From: a virus
Taxonomy: Duplodnaviria > Caudoviricetes
Virus record (IMG/VR): IMGVR_UViG_3300031949_000043
Span: 1-57,070 of that record
DNA: 57,070 bases
Reading direction: 5' to 3' (one strand)
The notes beneath the pieces were generated by a model. The model worked only from the letters and a program-made list of their open reading frames with translations, had not been told where the DNA came from and did no database searches. Of the stretch, positions 28,936 through 38,657 are shown in pieces. The position numbers and the translations under genes are program-made. Positions within the stretch are counted from its first letter, which is position 1. Each line of letters begins with the position of its first letter.

Positions 28936-29400
28936 ATGCGTGGAATTTTTACCGCCACTTACGCGATTTCCGGTCTGGCGGCGGCCAAGACGGTCATGTA
29001 TCTGACCGTTCCGTCGAACATGGTCGTGGAAATCTACGGGGCATCGGTCAGCGATGCCAGCAACGAGACCAGCGAGCAGATCGACTGTGTTCTCCAGAAT
29101 ATTTCCAGTCTGATTCCCGCTCCAACGGCGACCACGGTCACTCCCGATCCCCATGAACCCGGTGACGCGGCGGCTGATTCGACGGTCAAGGGCAATGTGA
29201 CGGCGAGTGAGCCGACATATAGCGGTCAAGGATTTGGCCGTCGCGGTATCCCCACGGTGGGCGGCTGGGAATTCCAGCCGACGCCGGAAGAGCGCGTGAT
29301 CGTCCCCGGCGCAGGATCAATCGGCATCCGCCTCCTAGCCCCAGCTACACCGGCGGCGTTCGATGCCGTGGTCACATTGACCTTCCGCGAGATCGGGTAA
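28936..29400 (+). CDS. Putative virion decoration/fibre subunit
   Basis: AGGAG RBS; beta-rich, W..PTPEERVIV motif. Confidence 0.55.
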   Translation: MRGIFTATYAISGLAAAKTVMYLTVPSNMVVEIYGASVSDASNETSEQIDCVLQNISSLIPAPTATTVTPDPHEPGDAAADSTVKGNVTASEPTYSGQGFGRRGIPTVGGWEFQPTPEERVIVPGAGSIGIRLLAPATPAAFDAVVTLTFREIG

Positions 29401-29657
29401 TGCGTATCCACCGCAAGATCTGGCTCTGGTTCGGCGAACGGCCGTTCCAGTGGGCGATCCAACTCTACATCAACCGCTATGTCAGTTTAGGCTTTCATTT
29501 CGACTGGCAACGCCCACTTTTAGACCTGCACATAGGCTGGTTCATCATCGCCATAGGCCGTGATCCGACTGTCACCAGTCGTCTTGATAGATACCGAGAG
29601 TGTTGCCGCGGGTTCAACATTGAGCCCGGCGGCGAGGATTCTCCGCTGATCATGTAG
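29400..29657 (+). CDS. Hypothetical Trp-rich protein
   Basis: TAATG coupling to the upstream gene. Confidence 0.45.
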   Translation: MRIHRKIWLWFGERPFQWAIQLYINRYVSLGFHFDWQRPLLDLHIGWFIIAIGRDPTVTSRLDRYRECCRGFNIEPGGEDSPLIM

Positions 29658-29685
29658 TGAACCGTGAAGACTTGAACCATGCCAG

Positions 29686-32133
29686 ATGGCCACGACTACC
29701 AAATACGCGACCGGCGCATCGGGAACGTCGTGGACAAACCCGAGTAATGCTAACGCCGATGACGGAAACGTAGCCTCCTACGTCATCGCCGAGAAAAATA
29801 CCACAGGAAATCAGAATACGCTGTCGAATCTTGGGTTCGACGCCGCGATCCCCGCCGGCTCGGTGATCAACTCGGTGCAGGTCGAAGTCGAGCACCGGGT
29901 TGATGTCTCCACTGGCATCGCCCACCTCGAAGTCGCGGTGGCGACCACCTTGGGGCTCGGTGATTTTAACACCGACAGCACCGAGCCGACGACTCTGACG
30001 GCGCGGACGTATTCGTCGCTGGCCCGCCCGGGCGGGGGACCGTGGACGCGGGCCGACCTGCTGGACGGGAGCTTGACCGTCCGTCTACAGGCACGCTCCG
30101 GCAACACCGCCACCAGCGTCACCTATGAATGGGACTATGCGCGGGTCACGGTTGATTACACGCCGCCGGTGACGGCCTCGGCGGCGCTCACGGTCGGTGC
30201 CGCAACCGCAAGCGGATCGGCGACCTTCTCATTTGGCTCCACGGGAACGGCGGTATTAACCGTCGGTGCGGCAACTCTCTCCGCATCTGCGGAATTCGAT
30301 GTTCCGGTGTATACGGGAACGTCGGCGATGACCGTGGGCGCTGCTACCCTAGCGGCGTCAGCGGAATTCGATCCACCAGTATTCTCGGCCACCGCCGCAT
30401 TAACGACGGGCGCGGCAACCCTCTCCGGCACAGCGGCGTTCGCCCATGTCTGCAAACTCTCCGGTGCCCGGTATGGCCCTCTAAGCTACTTCCAATTTGG
30501 CCGTGTTTATCCACGGACGAGAATAAGAGAATTCCTGCCCATCCGTCGCCGTGAGATCGCGGTTCCAGAGGCGGCAGACACGTTCACGGCCTCGGCGGCG
30601 CTGACCGTCGGCGCTGCAACGGCATCCGCTTCGGCGACGTTCGAGCCTCCGGTCTACACAGGGACTTCGGCGCTCACCGTTGGTGCCGCCAGTCTCTCTG
30701 CGTCGGCTGAGTTCGATGCTCCGGTCTATACCGGGTCATCGGCGTTGACCGTCGGTCCGGCAACACTGTCGGCCTCGGCGACGTTCACGGCACCCGTATA
30801 CACCGGAACATCGGCATTAACCGTTGCTCCCGCGACATTGAGTGGCGCGGCCACATTCACGGCTCCAGTCTACACGGCATCGGCGGCTCTTTCGGCTGGC
30901 CCGGCAACCTTGTCCGGCAGCGCCACGTTCACGGCACCCATCTATACGGCGACCGGCGCATTCACGGTTGGCCCGGCCGCGCTGTCCGCATCAGCCGTTT
31001 TCACGCCGCCTGTTTACACGGGTACTGCCGGATTAACGGTCGGCCCAACAACACTCTCTGCTTCGGCGACGTTTGCGACCCTGACCTATACGGCGACCGG
31101 TGCGCTCGCGGTCGGACCGGCTACGCTTTCCGCTTCAGCCACGTTCGTAGCTCCGGTTTATACGGCCAGCGCCGCGTTGACTGTCGGGGCGGCGACGCTG
31201 GCTGGCACGGCGATCTTCGCCAGCGGAGTGTTCCAAGCCACCGCCGATCTCACCGTTGGCCCAACATCGCTGTCTGGCTCCGCAACATTTACTCCGCCGA
31301 TTTATACGGCCAGTGCGGCATTGACCGTCGGTGCAGTGACACTATCGGCTTCGGGAGTGGTCGGCTCGCACCCGGTAGGCAAGATTACGCAGCCGCACTA
31401 TTTCCTGTCCGGTCGTAGATATGGAAGTTTCTCCGGTCGAGCGGAAGCATTCACGTCCACCGCCGCATTGATCGTTGGCGCGGCCACCCTGTCGGCATCC
31501 GCAGAATTTGATGTCCCGATATATACGGGGTCGGCTGATCTAACGGCTGGTGCTGCAACACTGTCGGCCACCGCAGAGTTCGATGCGCCAGTCTATACCG
31601 CGTCGGCGGCACTCAACATCGCGGGCGCTACTTTATCGGCTTCGGCTGAGTTCGATGCTCCGGTGTATACCGCCACGGCGGCACTGACGGTCGGGTCGGC
31701 GACGTTCGCGGCCACCGCGTTGTTTGCGCATGTCTGCAAGTTGTCCGGCGTGCCTTACGGGCCGCTCAGTTACTACTCGCTGGGCCGGGTCCATCCACGG
31801 CAGAGATTGAACGAAGTCTATTGGGTGCAGCAGCCGAGGCGACTGACGGTCGTCCAAGATACGGGGACGACGTTCACGGCAACCGCGGCGCTGACGGTCG
31901 GCGGGGCGACGTGCTCGGGAACCGCCACATTTATATCGCCCGTTTATACGGCGACCGCCGCATTCGCGGTCGGACCGGCGATCCTGTCGGCTACCGCGAC
32001 CTTCGCGCCGCCAGTATACACGGCGACCGCTGACCTGATGGTGGGGCCGGCGACACTCTCCGCAATCTCGATCCAGAGCGCACGGCGGCGGATCATGTTG
32101 CTGCGCGAGGCCGGGCGATACGTCCGTAAGTAA
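29686..32133 (+). CDS. Long Ala/Thr/Ser-rich repeat protein (about 22 x 24-aa repeats), putative fibre/spine protein
   Basis: N-terminal jelly-roll-like domain followed by T.TAALTVGAATLSASA.F.PPVY repeats in four blocks separated by Arg-rich inserts. Confidence 0.75.
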   Translation: MATTTKYATGASGTSWTNPSNANADDGNVASYVIAEKNTTGNQNTLSNLGFDAAIPAGSVINSVQVEVEHRVDVSTGIAHLEVAVATTLGLGDFNTDSTEPTTLTARTYSSLARPGGGPWTRADLLDGSLTVRLQARSGNTATSVTYEWDYARVTVDYTPPVTASAALTVGAATASGSATFSFGSTGTAVLTVGAATLSASAEFDVPVYTGTSAMTVGAATLAASAEFDPPVFSATAALTTGAATLSGTAAFAHVCKLSGARYGPLSYFQFGRVYPRTRIREFLPIRRREIAVPEAADTFTASAALTVGAATASASATFEPPVYTGTSALTVGAASLSASAEFDAPVYTGSSALTVGPATLSASATFTAPVYTGTSALTVAPATLSGAATFTAPVYTASAALSAGPATLSGSATFTAPIYTATGAFTVGPAALSASAVFTPPVYTGTAGLTVGPTTLSASATFATLTYTATGALAVGPATLSASATFVAPVYTASAALTVGAATLAGTAIFASGVFQATADLTVGPTSLSGSATFTPPIYTASAALTVGAVTLSASGVVGSHPVGKITQPHYFLSGRRYGSFSGRAEAFTSTAALIVGAATLSASAEFDVPIYTGSADLTAGAATLSATAEFDAPVYTASAALNIAGATLSASAEFDAPVYTATAALTVGSATFAATALFAHVCKLSGVPYGPLSYYSLGRVHPRQRLNEVYWVQQPRRLTVVQDTGTTFTATAALTVGGATCSGTATFISPVYTATAAFAVGPAILSATATFAPPVYTATADLMVGPATLSAISIQSARRRIMLLREAGRYVRK
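30171..32070 (+). repeat. Degenerate 72-bp coding tandem repeats (4+11+4+3 units)
   Basis: Periodic ACGGTCGG/ACCGTCGG...TTC...TATAC motifs; 24-aa periodicity in translation. Confidence 0.85.
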
Positions 32134-32134
32134 C

Positions 32135-32962
32135 ATGCCGCTCCACCAGCCTTATGTTGCCACATATCGGGCTCTCAATGTCGCCGGGGAGGGGGTTCCC
32201 GGGGATGTTGCGAACCACAGCATGGTCGTTTCAGCGGATGGAGTCGAAACACCGACAACCAATACGCCCACCGAAGCATCTTCGGGGTTGGGATACTACG
32301 AACTGGTTGTGACCGCTGCGGAAAACATCGGGGAGGCCATGTTGGTGCTCGGCAGTAGTTCGACGCCCGGCATCGAGTTGATGGAAGCCAGATGGAACAA
32401 TTCGGCATCCGCTGGCGGGCGAACCGTGACCGTAACCGTAACGGACACGGATACCGACCCGATCCAGAACGCATCGGTCCGGCTCGGCTCGGGGAGCGAG
32501 CAGCAGGTCATTCTGACGGACGTGAACGGGGTAGCCGAGTTCGGAATGAGCGACGGGACTCACGTTTTGGCCGTCAGCAAGGCCGGCTATAGTTTCACGC
32601 CCACCACGGTAGTCGTAGATGGCGACGAATCGGTAGATGTCGAGATGGATATCGTGTCGATCACTCCGGCATCGGATCCCGCGCAGTCGAATGCGTATGC
32701 CACGACAAGGGACGGCAAGGGGAACGTCCAAGCCACGCAGACCATAGACTTCTGGCTGAAAAAGCCGCCTTCGGGCTCCGGGCAATCCTATAACTACGGG
32801 AAATTCAGCGCCACGTCGGATGTCAATGGCTTGTTGCAGGTCGCGCTGATCCGGCTGGCCACCTATGCGGCCCGGCGTGGAAATGGCAAGGAAATCATCT
32901 TCGTCGTGGACGACACGTCCACATATGCCCTACCGCAGATACCCGCAGGGGTAACGGCTTGA
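32135..32962 (+). CDS. Virion protein with Ig-like/carboxypeptidase-regulatory-like domains
   Basis: TVTVTVTD....PIQNASVRL....TDVNGVAEF.MSDGTHVLAVSKAGYSF. Confidence 0.65.
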   Translation: MPLHQPYVATYRALNVAGEGVPGDVANHSMVVSADGVETPTTNTPTEASSGLGYYELVVTAAENIGEAMLVLGSSSTPGIELMEARWNNSASAGGRTVTVTVTDTDTDPIQNASVRLGSGSEQQVILTDVNGVAEFGMSDGTHVLAVSKAGYSFTPTTVVVDGDESVDVEMDIVSITPASDPAQSNAYATTRDGKGNVQATQTIDFWLKKPPSGSGQSYNYGKFSATSDVNGLLQVALIRLATYAARRGNGKEIIFVVDDTSTYALPQIPAGVTA

Positions 32963-32987
32963 CCGGTATAGGCGTCTTTCCCGATTG

Positions 32988-33809
32988 ATGAAACTCCCAT
33001 ACACGGAAGGCGATTTCGTTGCCGTCGGCCAGACCGTCGGTCGCGTACAGCGGATCGGCAGGAACATCCTGTATGTTCCCGGCAAGGGCGCTATGCCCGG
33101 ACCCGCCGTACTGGTCCGAATATACGAGAACGGCCAAGAGACGGACCGGCTGGAAGGTTTCCGAACCTATCTGGCTCGAAAGTATGAAGTTTCTCCGCCA
33201 GCCACACCAATTACCAACAAGGCACGGCGACCGCTGAGCGAGCGCAATCTGGCGATCAATTCCAAGGTCGGATTGATCGAAGAGGTCGAATTCTGCGTCT
33301 GCGAAGCAACCGAGAAGAGGCTCGCGGACGGAAGAACGGTATTCCGCGCCAAGGTCTCACAGGCAAATGTTGTGAACGGGAACCGGCGCGTGTACCCCGG
33401 AGAGGTCATGCATGCCGCGATTGCCTCGGCCCAGCCACGAATAGAGAGCGGAGCCCTACAGGGATCCGTGGATCATTATTCGGGAATGACCGGAACCTGC
33501 CTGAAATGGACCTCGTTGGACATGACCGACGACGGCGGAATCCACGGAACCTTCGTCGTATCCGAGAAACACAGTCGTGGCTCCGACCTTCTGGCGCTGA
33601 TTAACGACGGGTTCGCCATCCCATTCAGCACAAACGGCAGGGGCTCTGCGCACCGACCATCAGATGGCGAACGGATGCGCTTTGGACTTGGCGACGAAGA
33701 CGACGACGTAGTGGTAATCGATAGCAATTATGCCATTAGAAAAATCGACTGTGTTGACGATCCCAGCGAGGAATCGGCGCGCATGCTGGGACGCGCCGCC
33801 GCGTCTTAG
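32988..33809 (+). CDS. Prohead protease, T4 gp21-like
   Basis: SQANVVNGNRRVYP, GSVDH, G..L..LI..G..IPFSTNGRGS, IDCVDDPS; upstream of scaffold and capsid. Confidence 0.85.
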   Translation: MKLPYTEGDFVAVGQTVGRVQRIGRNILYVPGKGAMPGPAVLVRIYENGQETDRLEGFRTYLARKYEVSPPATPITNKARRPLSERNLAINSKVGLIEEVEFCVCEATEKRLADGRTVFRAKVSQANVVNGNRRVYPGEVMHAAIASAQPRIESGALQGSVDHYSGMTGTCLKWTSLDMTDDGGIHGTFVVSEKHSRGSDLLALINDGFAIPFSTNGRGSAHRPSDGERMRFGLGDEDDDVVVIDSNYAIRKIDCVDDPSEESARMLGRAAAS

Positions 33810-33851
33810 TTCGGTTGTACGCGAATGACCGCGTTTCGGAGACTCAAAGCC

Positions 33852-34511
33852 ATGAAGACCCTAGATGAACTCAAGCAGCAGCATCCCGCGCTTTTTGCCC
33901 TTCACGAAATGGAGGTCACGAAGGCCACTGAATCCCGTCAGGGTCTGGCCGACGCCTTCCTGTCGTTCGTCGGCGAATTGGCCGACACGCACAAGATCGC
34001 GCTTGGTCTGACCGACGCGGATACCAAGAAACTGGTCGATGAAGCACGCTCGGAGACGGCCAAGCAGGTGGCATTGAAGCAGGTGGACATCGACCGTATC
34101 ACCGCCGATCTCAAGGCGGCCAACGATAAGGTCGCCGCCCTAGAGGGCGAGGTCACGACCTTCAAAGAGGCCACGGTCAAGGCCGAGGCCGACAAGAAGT
34201 CCGCCGAACGCCGAGCGGCATTGGCCGAGGCGTTGCCCAAGACCGTCAAGGACAACCCGTACGCCGAGGCGATCAAGCCCATGGCGGAGAAAGAGTTCGC
34301 CCGCGACGACTTCGATGTCAAGGCACTGGAATCATTCGTCAAGTCGAAGACCGACGAGTACGCGGCGGTCAAGCCGGCCAAGAACCCGGCGTGGGACATC
34401 GAGGGTGCCGACGATCTGGCCGAGTCCGATGACCCGGACGAGCCCAAGATCGAGCGTGGCAAGCCAGTCCCGGGTGCCAAGGAAGTCGCGGAAAGTCTCC
34501 GCGGCCTTTAA
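33852..34511 (+). CDS. Capsid scaffolding protein
   Basis: TLDELKQQHP start, Ala/Glu/Lys coiled coil, between protease and capsid. Confidence 0.75.
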   Translation: MKTLDELKQQHPALFALHEMEVTKATESRQGLADAFLSFVGELADTHKIALGLTDADTKKLVDEARSETAKQVALKQVDIDRITADLKAANDKVAALEGEVTTFKEATVKAEADKKSAERRAALAEALPKTVKDNPYAEAIKPMAEKEFARDDFDVKALESFVKSKTDEYAAVKPAKNPAWDIEGADDLAESDDPDEPKIERGKPVPGAKEVAESLRGL

Positions 34512-34567
34512 CAAAAAAACGCCCGCTTGCGTCTGATTGCGATTGAACGGAAACGGAGAAAGTTGCC

Positions 34568-35896
34568 ATGAAGGAACCATTCCTAGAACTCATGTCGAGT
34601 GCCCGTCGCCTCCCGAGCGCCCGTGCGGATTTCGAGAATTCGCCGGTCATCGAAGGTGACAGTCTCTCGCCCGACGCACGCCGGCTGACCGATGGTCTTG
34701 CGCCCATTCTGGACAGCATTGACTGGGACGCCCGACTGCTCGGCCCGAAGAACATCCGGAAGCACTACGAGGCGACATACAAACTGCTGGTCGCCGAGAT
34801 GGCGCGCCGGTTCCTTCGCACGAAGGCCGCCAAGCTCGAAAAGCAGTATCGGATCGCGCAGGAAGCCACGCTCGCCGGCACCGGTGGGATTCCCACGTTC
34901 GGTCGCCAGATCATCGCGATTATCGCGCGGGCCTACCCGCAGATGATCTCGCCGCAGCTTTTCCCGGTCACCCCGCTACAGGGTCCGGAAGGCCGCGTGT
35001 ATTTCGAGAACGTCAACTACGGCACCGCCTTCGCATCTTCAACGCCCAATATCAACCCGGGCGACCTGATGAACGATCTCACCAAGTTCAACACCGACTA
35101 CCCGAACAAGGGTCAGATGGGTGACGCCCAAGAGATCGAGTACGACGTGTCCAACTTCGTGCTTGTCTCGGCAGTGATGAAGCGGCTGGGCAACCGGCGC
35201 TCGGTCGAAGCCGACGAGGACTACGAATCGTTCAACGGCGGCGACTTGGAAGAGGTCATCCGGAGCAAGATGGACTATCTGCTGGCATGGGTGACCGACC
35301 GGTCGATGATCAACGCCTGTGTCGCCGACGTTCACCCCGACAATCACGTCGTTTGGGACGCCGCTCCGATCATCAACTCGGTGGCCTATGCGGACCTCGC
35401 ACCGTCCGAGCAACAGGCTTGGAACGAGACGCTCTGGAGCACGGGCGTCAACGCGATCAAGCGGAAAATCTTCGAGAAGCGTTACGTCCAGCCCGACTGG
35501 GCGATCGCTGGTGTCGCGGCGGCCACGCAGATCGAGAAGGTCAAATCGTTCGTCGGCCTCCGCACGGGCGACACGAACATCTCCTTCCAGACCGGTGCCG
35601 TCCGCGACTTCGGAACGATGGATGCCGGACTACTCCGCGTCCTGATCGACCCGATGATGGCCACGAACACGATCCTGTTCGGTCGTCGCCCGCAGAATGC
35701 GATGGAGCCGGCGATCCACTACTGCCCGCTTCGCCCGATCACGTTCCTGCCGCAGTTGACGCTGCCCCGGAACGCGCAGCGCGACAGCGGTGCTTACACC
35801 CGGTTTGGTATCGCCCGACCGAACACGGTCGCATACGGTCTTTCGAGTGTGCTGGGCGAGGTCTACGCCCTGCTCACAATCGCCAACCTGTCGTAA
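34568..35896 (+). CDS. Major capsid protein, T4 gp23-like
   Basis: IIARAYPQMISPQLFPVTPLQGPEGRVYF, VSAVMKRLG, HYCP, TRFG motifs; strong codon bias; followed by terminator. Confidence 0.88.
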   Translation: MKEPFLELMSSARRLPSARADFENSPVIEGDSLSPDARRLTDGLAPILDSIDWDARLLGPKNIRKHYEATYKLLVAEMARRFLRTKAAKLEKQYRIAQEATLAGTGGIPTFGRQIIAIIARAYPQMISPQLFPVTPLQGPEGRVYFENVNYGTAFASSTPNINPGDLMNDLTKFNTDYPNKGQMGDAQEIEYDVSNFVLVSAVMKRLGNRRSVEADEDYESFNGGDLEEVIRSKMDYLLAWVTDRSMINACVADVHPDNHVVWDAAPIINSVAYADLAPSEQQAWNETLWSTGVNAIKRKIFEKRYVQPDWAIAGVAAATQIEKVKSFVGLRTGDTNISFQTGAVRDFGTMDAGLLRVLIDPMMATNTILFGRRPQNAMEPAIHYCPLRPITFLPQLTLPRNAQRDSGAYTRFGIARPNTVAYGLSSVLGEVYALLTIANLS

Positions 35897-35920
35897 GCCC
35901 GACGGGACAACCTTAAACCG

Positions 35921-35960
35921 AAGCGCCTCGCAGGCAAAACCTGCGGGGCGCTTTTCTTTC
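35921..35960 (+). terminator. Rho-independent terminator after capsid gene
   Basis: AAGCGCCTCGCAGG-CAAAA-CCTGCGGGGCGCTT then TTCTTTC. Confidence 0.85.
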
Positions 35961-35978
35961 AATCCGTCTTGATACATC

Positions 35979-36698
35979 ATGTCATTCACCGCCGAAGATG
36001 TAGTTTCTCTGGCCCGCGACGAGACGGGGATCAAACTCGAAAACGCGGTGGGGGAACTGTTCGTTCCCGATCACATCATCGAATCGGGGATCGGCCCGAT
36101 CGTCCGCGAACTGAATCGCATGTTGGGCACGACCACGGCGGTACGCGAGGTAAATTTCACGGCCGTACCCGAAACGCAGGACTACACGATCAGCACGTAT
36201 GTTGGAACCGACGTGCATCGGATCGATCAGGTATTGCGCTCTGGCGCATTCGTTCCCGATGGCGTTGTGCAGACCGACGAATGGGATCGGGAGAACGGTT
36301 ACAACGGGGAGGCGGTGATCCCGACTGGATTGCAAGCCGACACGTTTGACGTGATTACCGCTGGCGAGCGTTTCCGACGCAGCGACCGATATACGTGGGA
36401 GACGATCAACGGGAAGCTCCGGTTGATGCCCACGCCCGTTTCGGCGGAGACCGTTTCGATCCGCTATACGTCAACCGGCTATAGCGTGGCCACGCTCCCG
36501 GACGAGTCGAAAATGGCGCTGGTTTACGGCGCATGCACGGTCATCCTGAACGGCGTTTTGAACCGGCTGAGTTCGTCGCGGACCACCGACAAGTTTTTCG
36601 GTGAGACCACCGATCAGCGGATCGACACACTCCGGTCGCAGCGCGACGAGTATAGGTCGAAATATCAGGGAGAACTCGCTGGGCTCCGTCGGGGGTAG
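35979..36698 (+). CDS. Head-tail adaptor/neck protein
   Basis: Directly after capsid; QDYTI, KLRLMPTP, LP......ALVYGA motifs. Confidence 0.65.
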   Translation: MSFTAEDVVSLARDETGIKLENAVGELFVPDHIIESGIGPIVRELNRMLGTTTAVREVNFTAVPETQDYTISTYVGTDVHRIDQVLRSGAFVPDGVVQTDEWDRENGYNGEAVIPTGLQADTFDVITAGERFRRSDRYTWETINGKLRLMPTPVSAETVSIRYTSTGYSVATLPDESKMALVYGACTVILNGVLNRLSSSRTTDKFFGETTDQRIDTLRSQRDEYRSKYQGELAGLRRG

Positions 36699-36700
36699 CC

Positions 36701-37168
36701 ATGCGTTGGCTCTCTTGGTTAGTCCTCGTCGGCCTAGTGGGATGCGCCAGCGCAATCCAATTCAGATACCCCCCATCCATCGATCTTGATGTCATCGTGT
36801 TGTCCGCCGATCTTAACAGGTTCGTTCCCGTCTGGGGCGATGAACTGTTGCGTCGCTTCCCGCAAGGTGCCCATTGTGTGTTCTGTCATGGCCTCACATT
36901 CGGTCGGGAATGGTATCTGTTCCCGGATGCGCCGATGAAGCCATTCCGGGCCGACGCCTTGATGTCGTCGCTGGCCAAGAGGACAAACGACGGTCGGCCG
37001 TGGATTCTGTTCGCCTGCAATCCCGGCGGAGTCCCATTGAATGTGACGGGCGTGTATTACGCCGAGGAGGAGATTTGGCTGGTTCCGGATCGGTATTGCA
37101 CGGTCGCCCGCGACCGCTGGAGTGACGATGGTGCGGGGTCGATCTGGGAGTTCGTTTGCGAACGGTGA
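36701..37168 (+). CDS. Lipoprotein of unknown function
   Basis: MRWLSWLVLVGLVG|C lipobox; CHG and ACNPG motifs. Confidence 0.6.
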   Translation: MRWLSWLVLVGLVGCASAIQFRYPPSIDLDVIVLSADLNRFVPVWGDELLRRFPQGAHCVFCHGLTFGREWYLFPDAPMKPFRADALMSSLAKRTNDGRPWILFACNPGGVPLNVTGVYYAEEEIWLVPDRYCTVARDRWSDDGAGSIWEFVCER

Positions 37169-37186
37169 AACCCGTCTGTTCTCTGC

Positions 37187-37663
37187 ATGGTCACGGTCGC
37201 ATCGTACATTGCCAGAAAAGGCGGATTTCTCGATTTCCTGATCGCCTTGCGGCATTTCAGCAAATACAGCCACTCGGAGATCGTGTTCGATGACGGCTGG
37301 TGGTTCAGTTCATCCGCGCGGGACGGTGGTCCGAGAAAGAAGCGGATAGAGCCAAAGCCCGGTCACTGGGATTTCGTGCCACTGCCGTTTAGCGATGCGG
37401 AGACGGCGGAGATCAGGGCGTGGTGTGAGCAGCGGGTGAGCGAGGGGCACAAATACGATTTTAAGGGCGTCCTCGCTTTCGTTGTGCCGTTTTTCACGCC
37501 GTCCAACGCGGATGATTTTTGCTCCGAGTTTGTGACGCTGGCAATCCAGACCACGGCATGGCTCAAGGATCTTTTGGCGGGCAAGGTATTCCCGGGTCGT
37601 CTGCATGCTGCGTCCAAGAAACTGAGAATGGACCTGATGGTCCGCAACTGGTCGTCCAAGTGA
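37187..37663 (+). CDS. Permuted papain-like (NlpC/P60, YiiX/YebB-type) peptidase/amidase
   Basis: YSHSEIV (His) before KYD and FCSEFV (Cys), then P..L. Confidence 0.75.
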   Translation: MVTVASYIARKGGFLDFLIALRHFSKYSHSEIVFDDGWWFSSSARDGGPRKKRIEPKPGHWDFVPLPFSDAETAEIRAWCEQRVSEGHKYDFKGVLAFVVPFFTPSNADDFCSEFVTLAIQTTAWLKDLLAGKVFPGRLHAASKKLRMDLMVRNWSSK

Positions 37664-37788
37664 AGTGATCGCAGGCGGAAAGGTCGGATTCTTTTTTCGG
37701 TTCATACCCGAAGATGAATCGGGTTCAACTCCCGAGCCTGCTATATATGCGTGTCCTCTGGCGAGGGCGACGATAACGCAAACGCGCA

Positions 37789-38319
37789 TTGCCATCGTCA
37801 CGCAAGGTTCGATTCCTTGGCACGCTCTTGTTCCCCGCCATACTCCAATGGGTCGAGCGAATTCGCCGCGACCATCCGTGGGCTCCCGGTAGCGTTCTGG
37901 AAGTCGGCAGTTTCAACGTCAACGGATCTCCGCGCAGTCTGTTCAAGGATGCGACGAGTTACATCGGGGTTGACCTTCGGGCGGGGCCGGATGTCGATGA
38001 AATAGTGGACGGCCACGATCTGGTTTCGTGGGCCGCCGGTCGTTGGTTCGACACCGTACTGTGCTTCGAGTGTTTGGAACACGACCCGAAGTTCTGGCTG
38101 ACCGTTCGGTCGATGCGCGAAGTATTATGCGATGGCGGCCATCTACTCGTTTCCGTACCAACCTTCGGATTTCCCGTGCATCGGTATCCGTTGGATTGTT
38201 ACAGGCTGGGCGAGGATGCGTTCCGAAGCTATGTGTTTACCGGCATGCAGATCGTGCATATCGGCACGGCCAGTGCCAACAAGACCAGCCGGTCGATCTG
38301 CGGGTGTGCGATCAAGTGA
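37789..38319 (+). CDS. Class I SAM methyltransferase (Methyltransf_11-like)
   Basis: VLEVGSFNVNGS, YIGVDL..GPDVD, FDTVLCFECLEHD, HRYPLDCYR; start uncertain. Confidence 0.8.
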   Translation: MPSSRKVRFLGTLLFPAILQWVERIRRDHPWAPGSVLEVGSFNVNGSPRSLFKDATSYIGVDLRAGPDVDEIVDGHDLVSWAAGRWFDTVLCFECLEHDPKFWLTVRSMREVLCDGGHLLVSVPTFGFPVHRYPLDCYRLGEDAFRSYVFTGMQIVHIGTASANKTSRSICGCAIK

Positions 38320-38321
38320 AA

Positions 38322-38580
38322 TGGGGGCCATTGCGGGGGCCGAGTTATCTACAATCTGTCGATAAGTGAACGTAAGTCCTTGTAAAACCTACTCGGGGTG
38401 AAAGGATTTGAACCTTCGACCTCTTGGTCCCGAACGATGACACATTGAACAGATACCGTCCATTTTCTCTTAAAAAACTCTGTTTTTAATCAGAAACGCC
38501 CGTTGGTTCCCATTCAATCCCGTCGAATTCGACGGAATTAGGCGAATTGCCGCGACCCGGCCCCCATAAAAAGCGCCCCA
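38322..38580. promoter_or_regulatory. Putative attP arm-type integrase sites and IHF-like site
   Basis: TGGGGGCCA (38322) and CGGGGGCCG (38334) left of the core; inverted CGGCCCCCA (38558) and GCGCCCCA (38573) on the right; TAAGTCCTTGTAA near 38373 resembles an IHF consensus. Confidence 0.5.
38393..38434 (-). other. attP core: 3' half of tRNA-Pro(CGG)
   Basis: Minus strand reads TTCGGGA CCAAG AGGTC GAAGG TTCAAAT CCTTT CACCCCG A (anticodon loop, 3' anticodon stem, variable loop, T arm, acceptor stem); 5' half absent; beside the integrase. Confidence 0.88.
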
Positions 38581-38657
38581 CGGCGGTGTCTATCCAACCC
38601 AACCTGCCGCTCTCGCAACAAGGGGATTGCCGCGCGTGGGGCGAGTGAATTGTACAT

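Noticed and set aside
30171-32070. CRISPR array or DGR template/variable repeats
   Set aside because: Repeats are degenerate, in-frame coding units without unique spacers; no cas or reverse transcriptase gene, and no adenine-specific mismatch pattern noticed.
29686-32133. Tape measure protein
   Set aside because: Beta-strand-type repeats and an N-terminal jelly-roll-like domain, not the long alpha-helical composition of tape measures, and far from the tail chaperones.
38393-38470. Complete tRNA-Pro gene
   Set aside because: Only the anticodon loop to acceptor 3' strand is present; the 5' anticodon stem, D arm and 5' acceptor strand are missing, so it is an att core.
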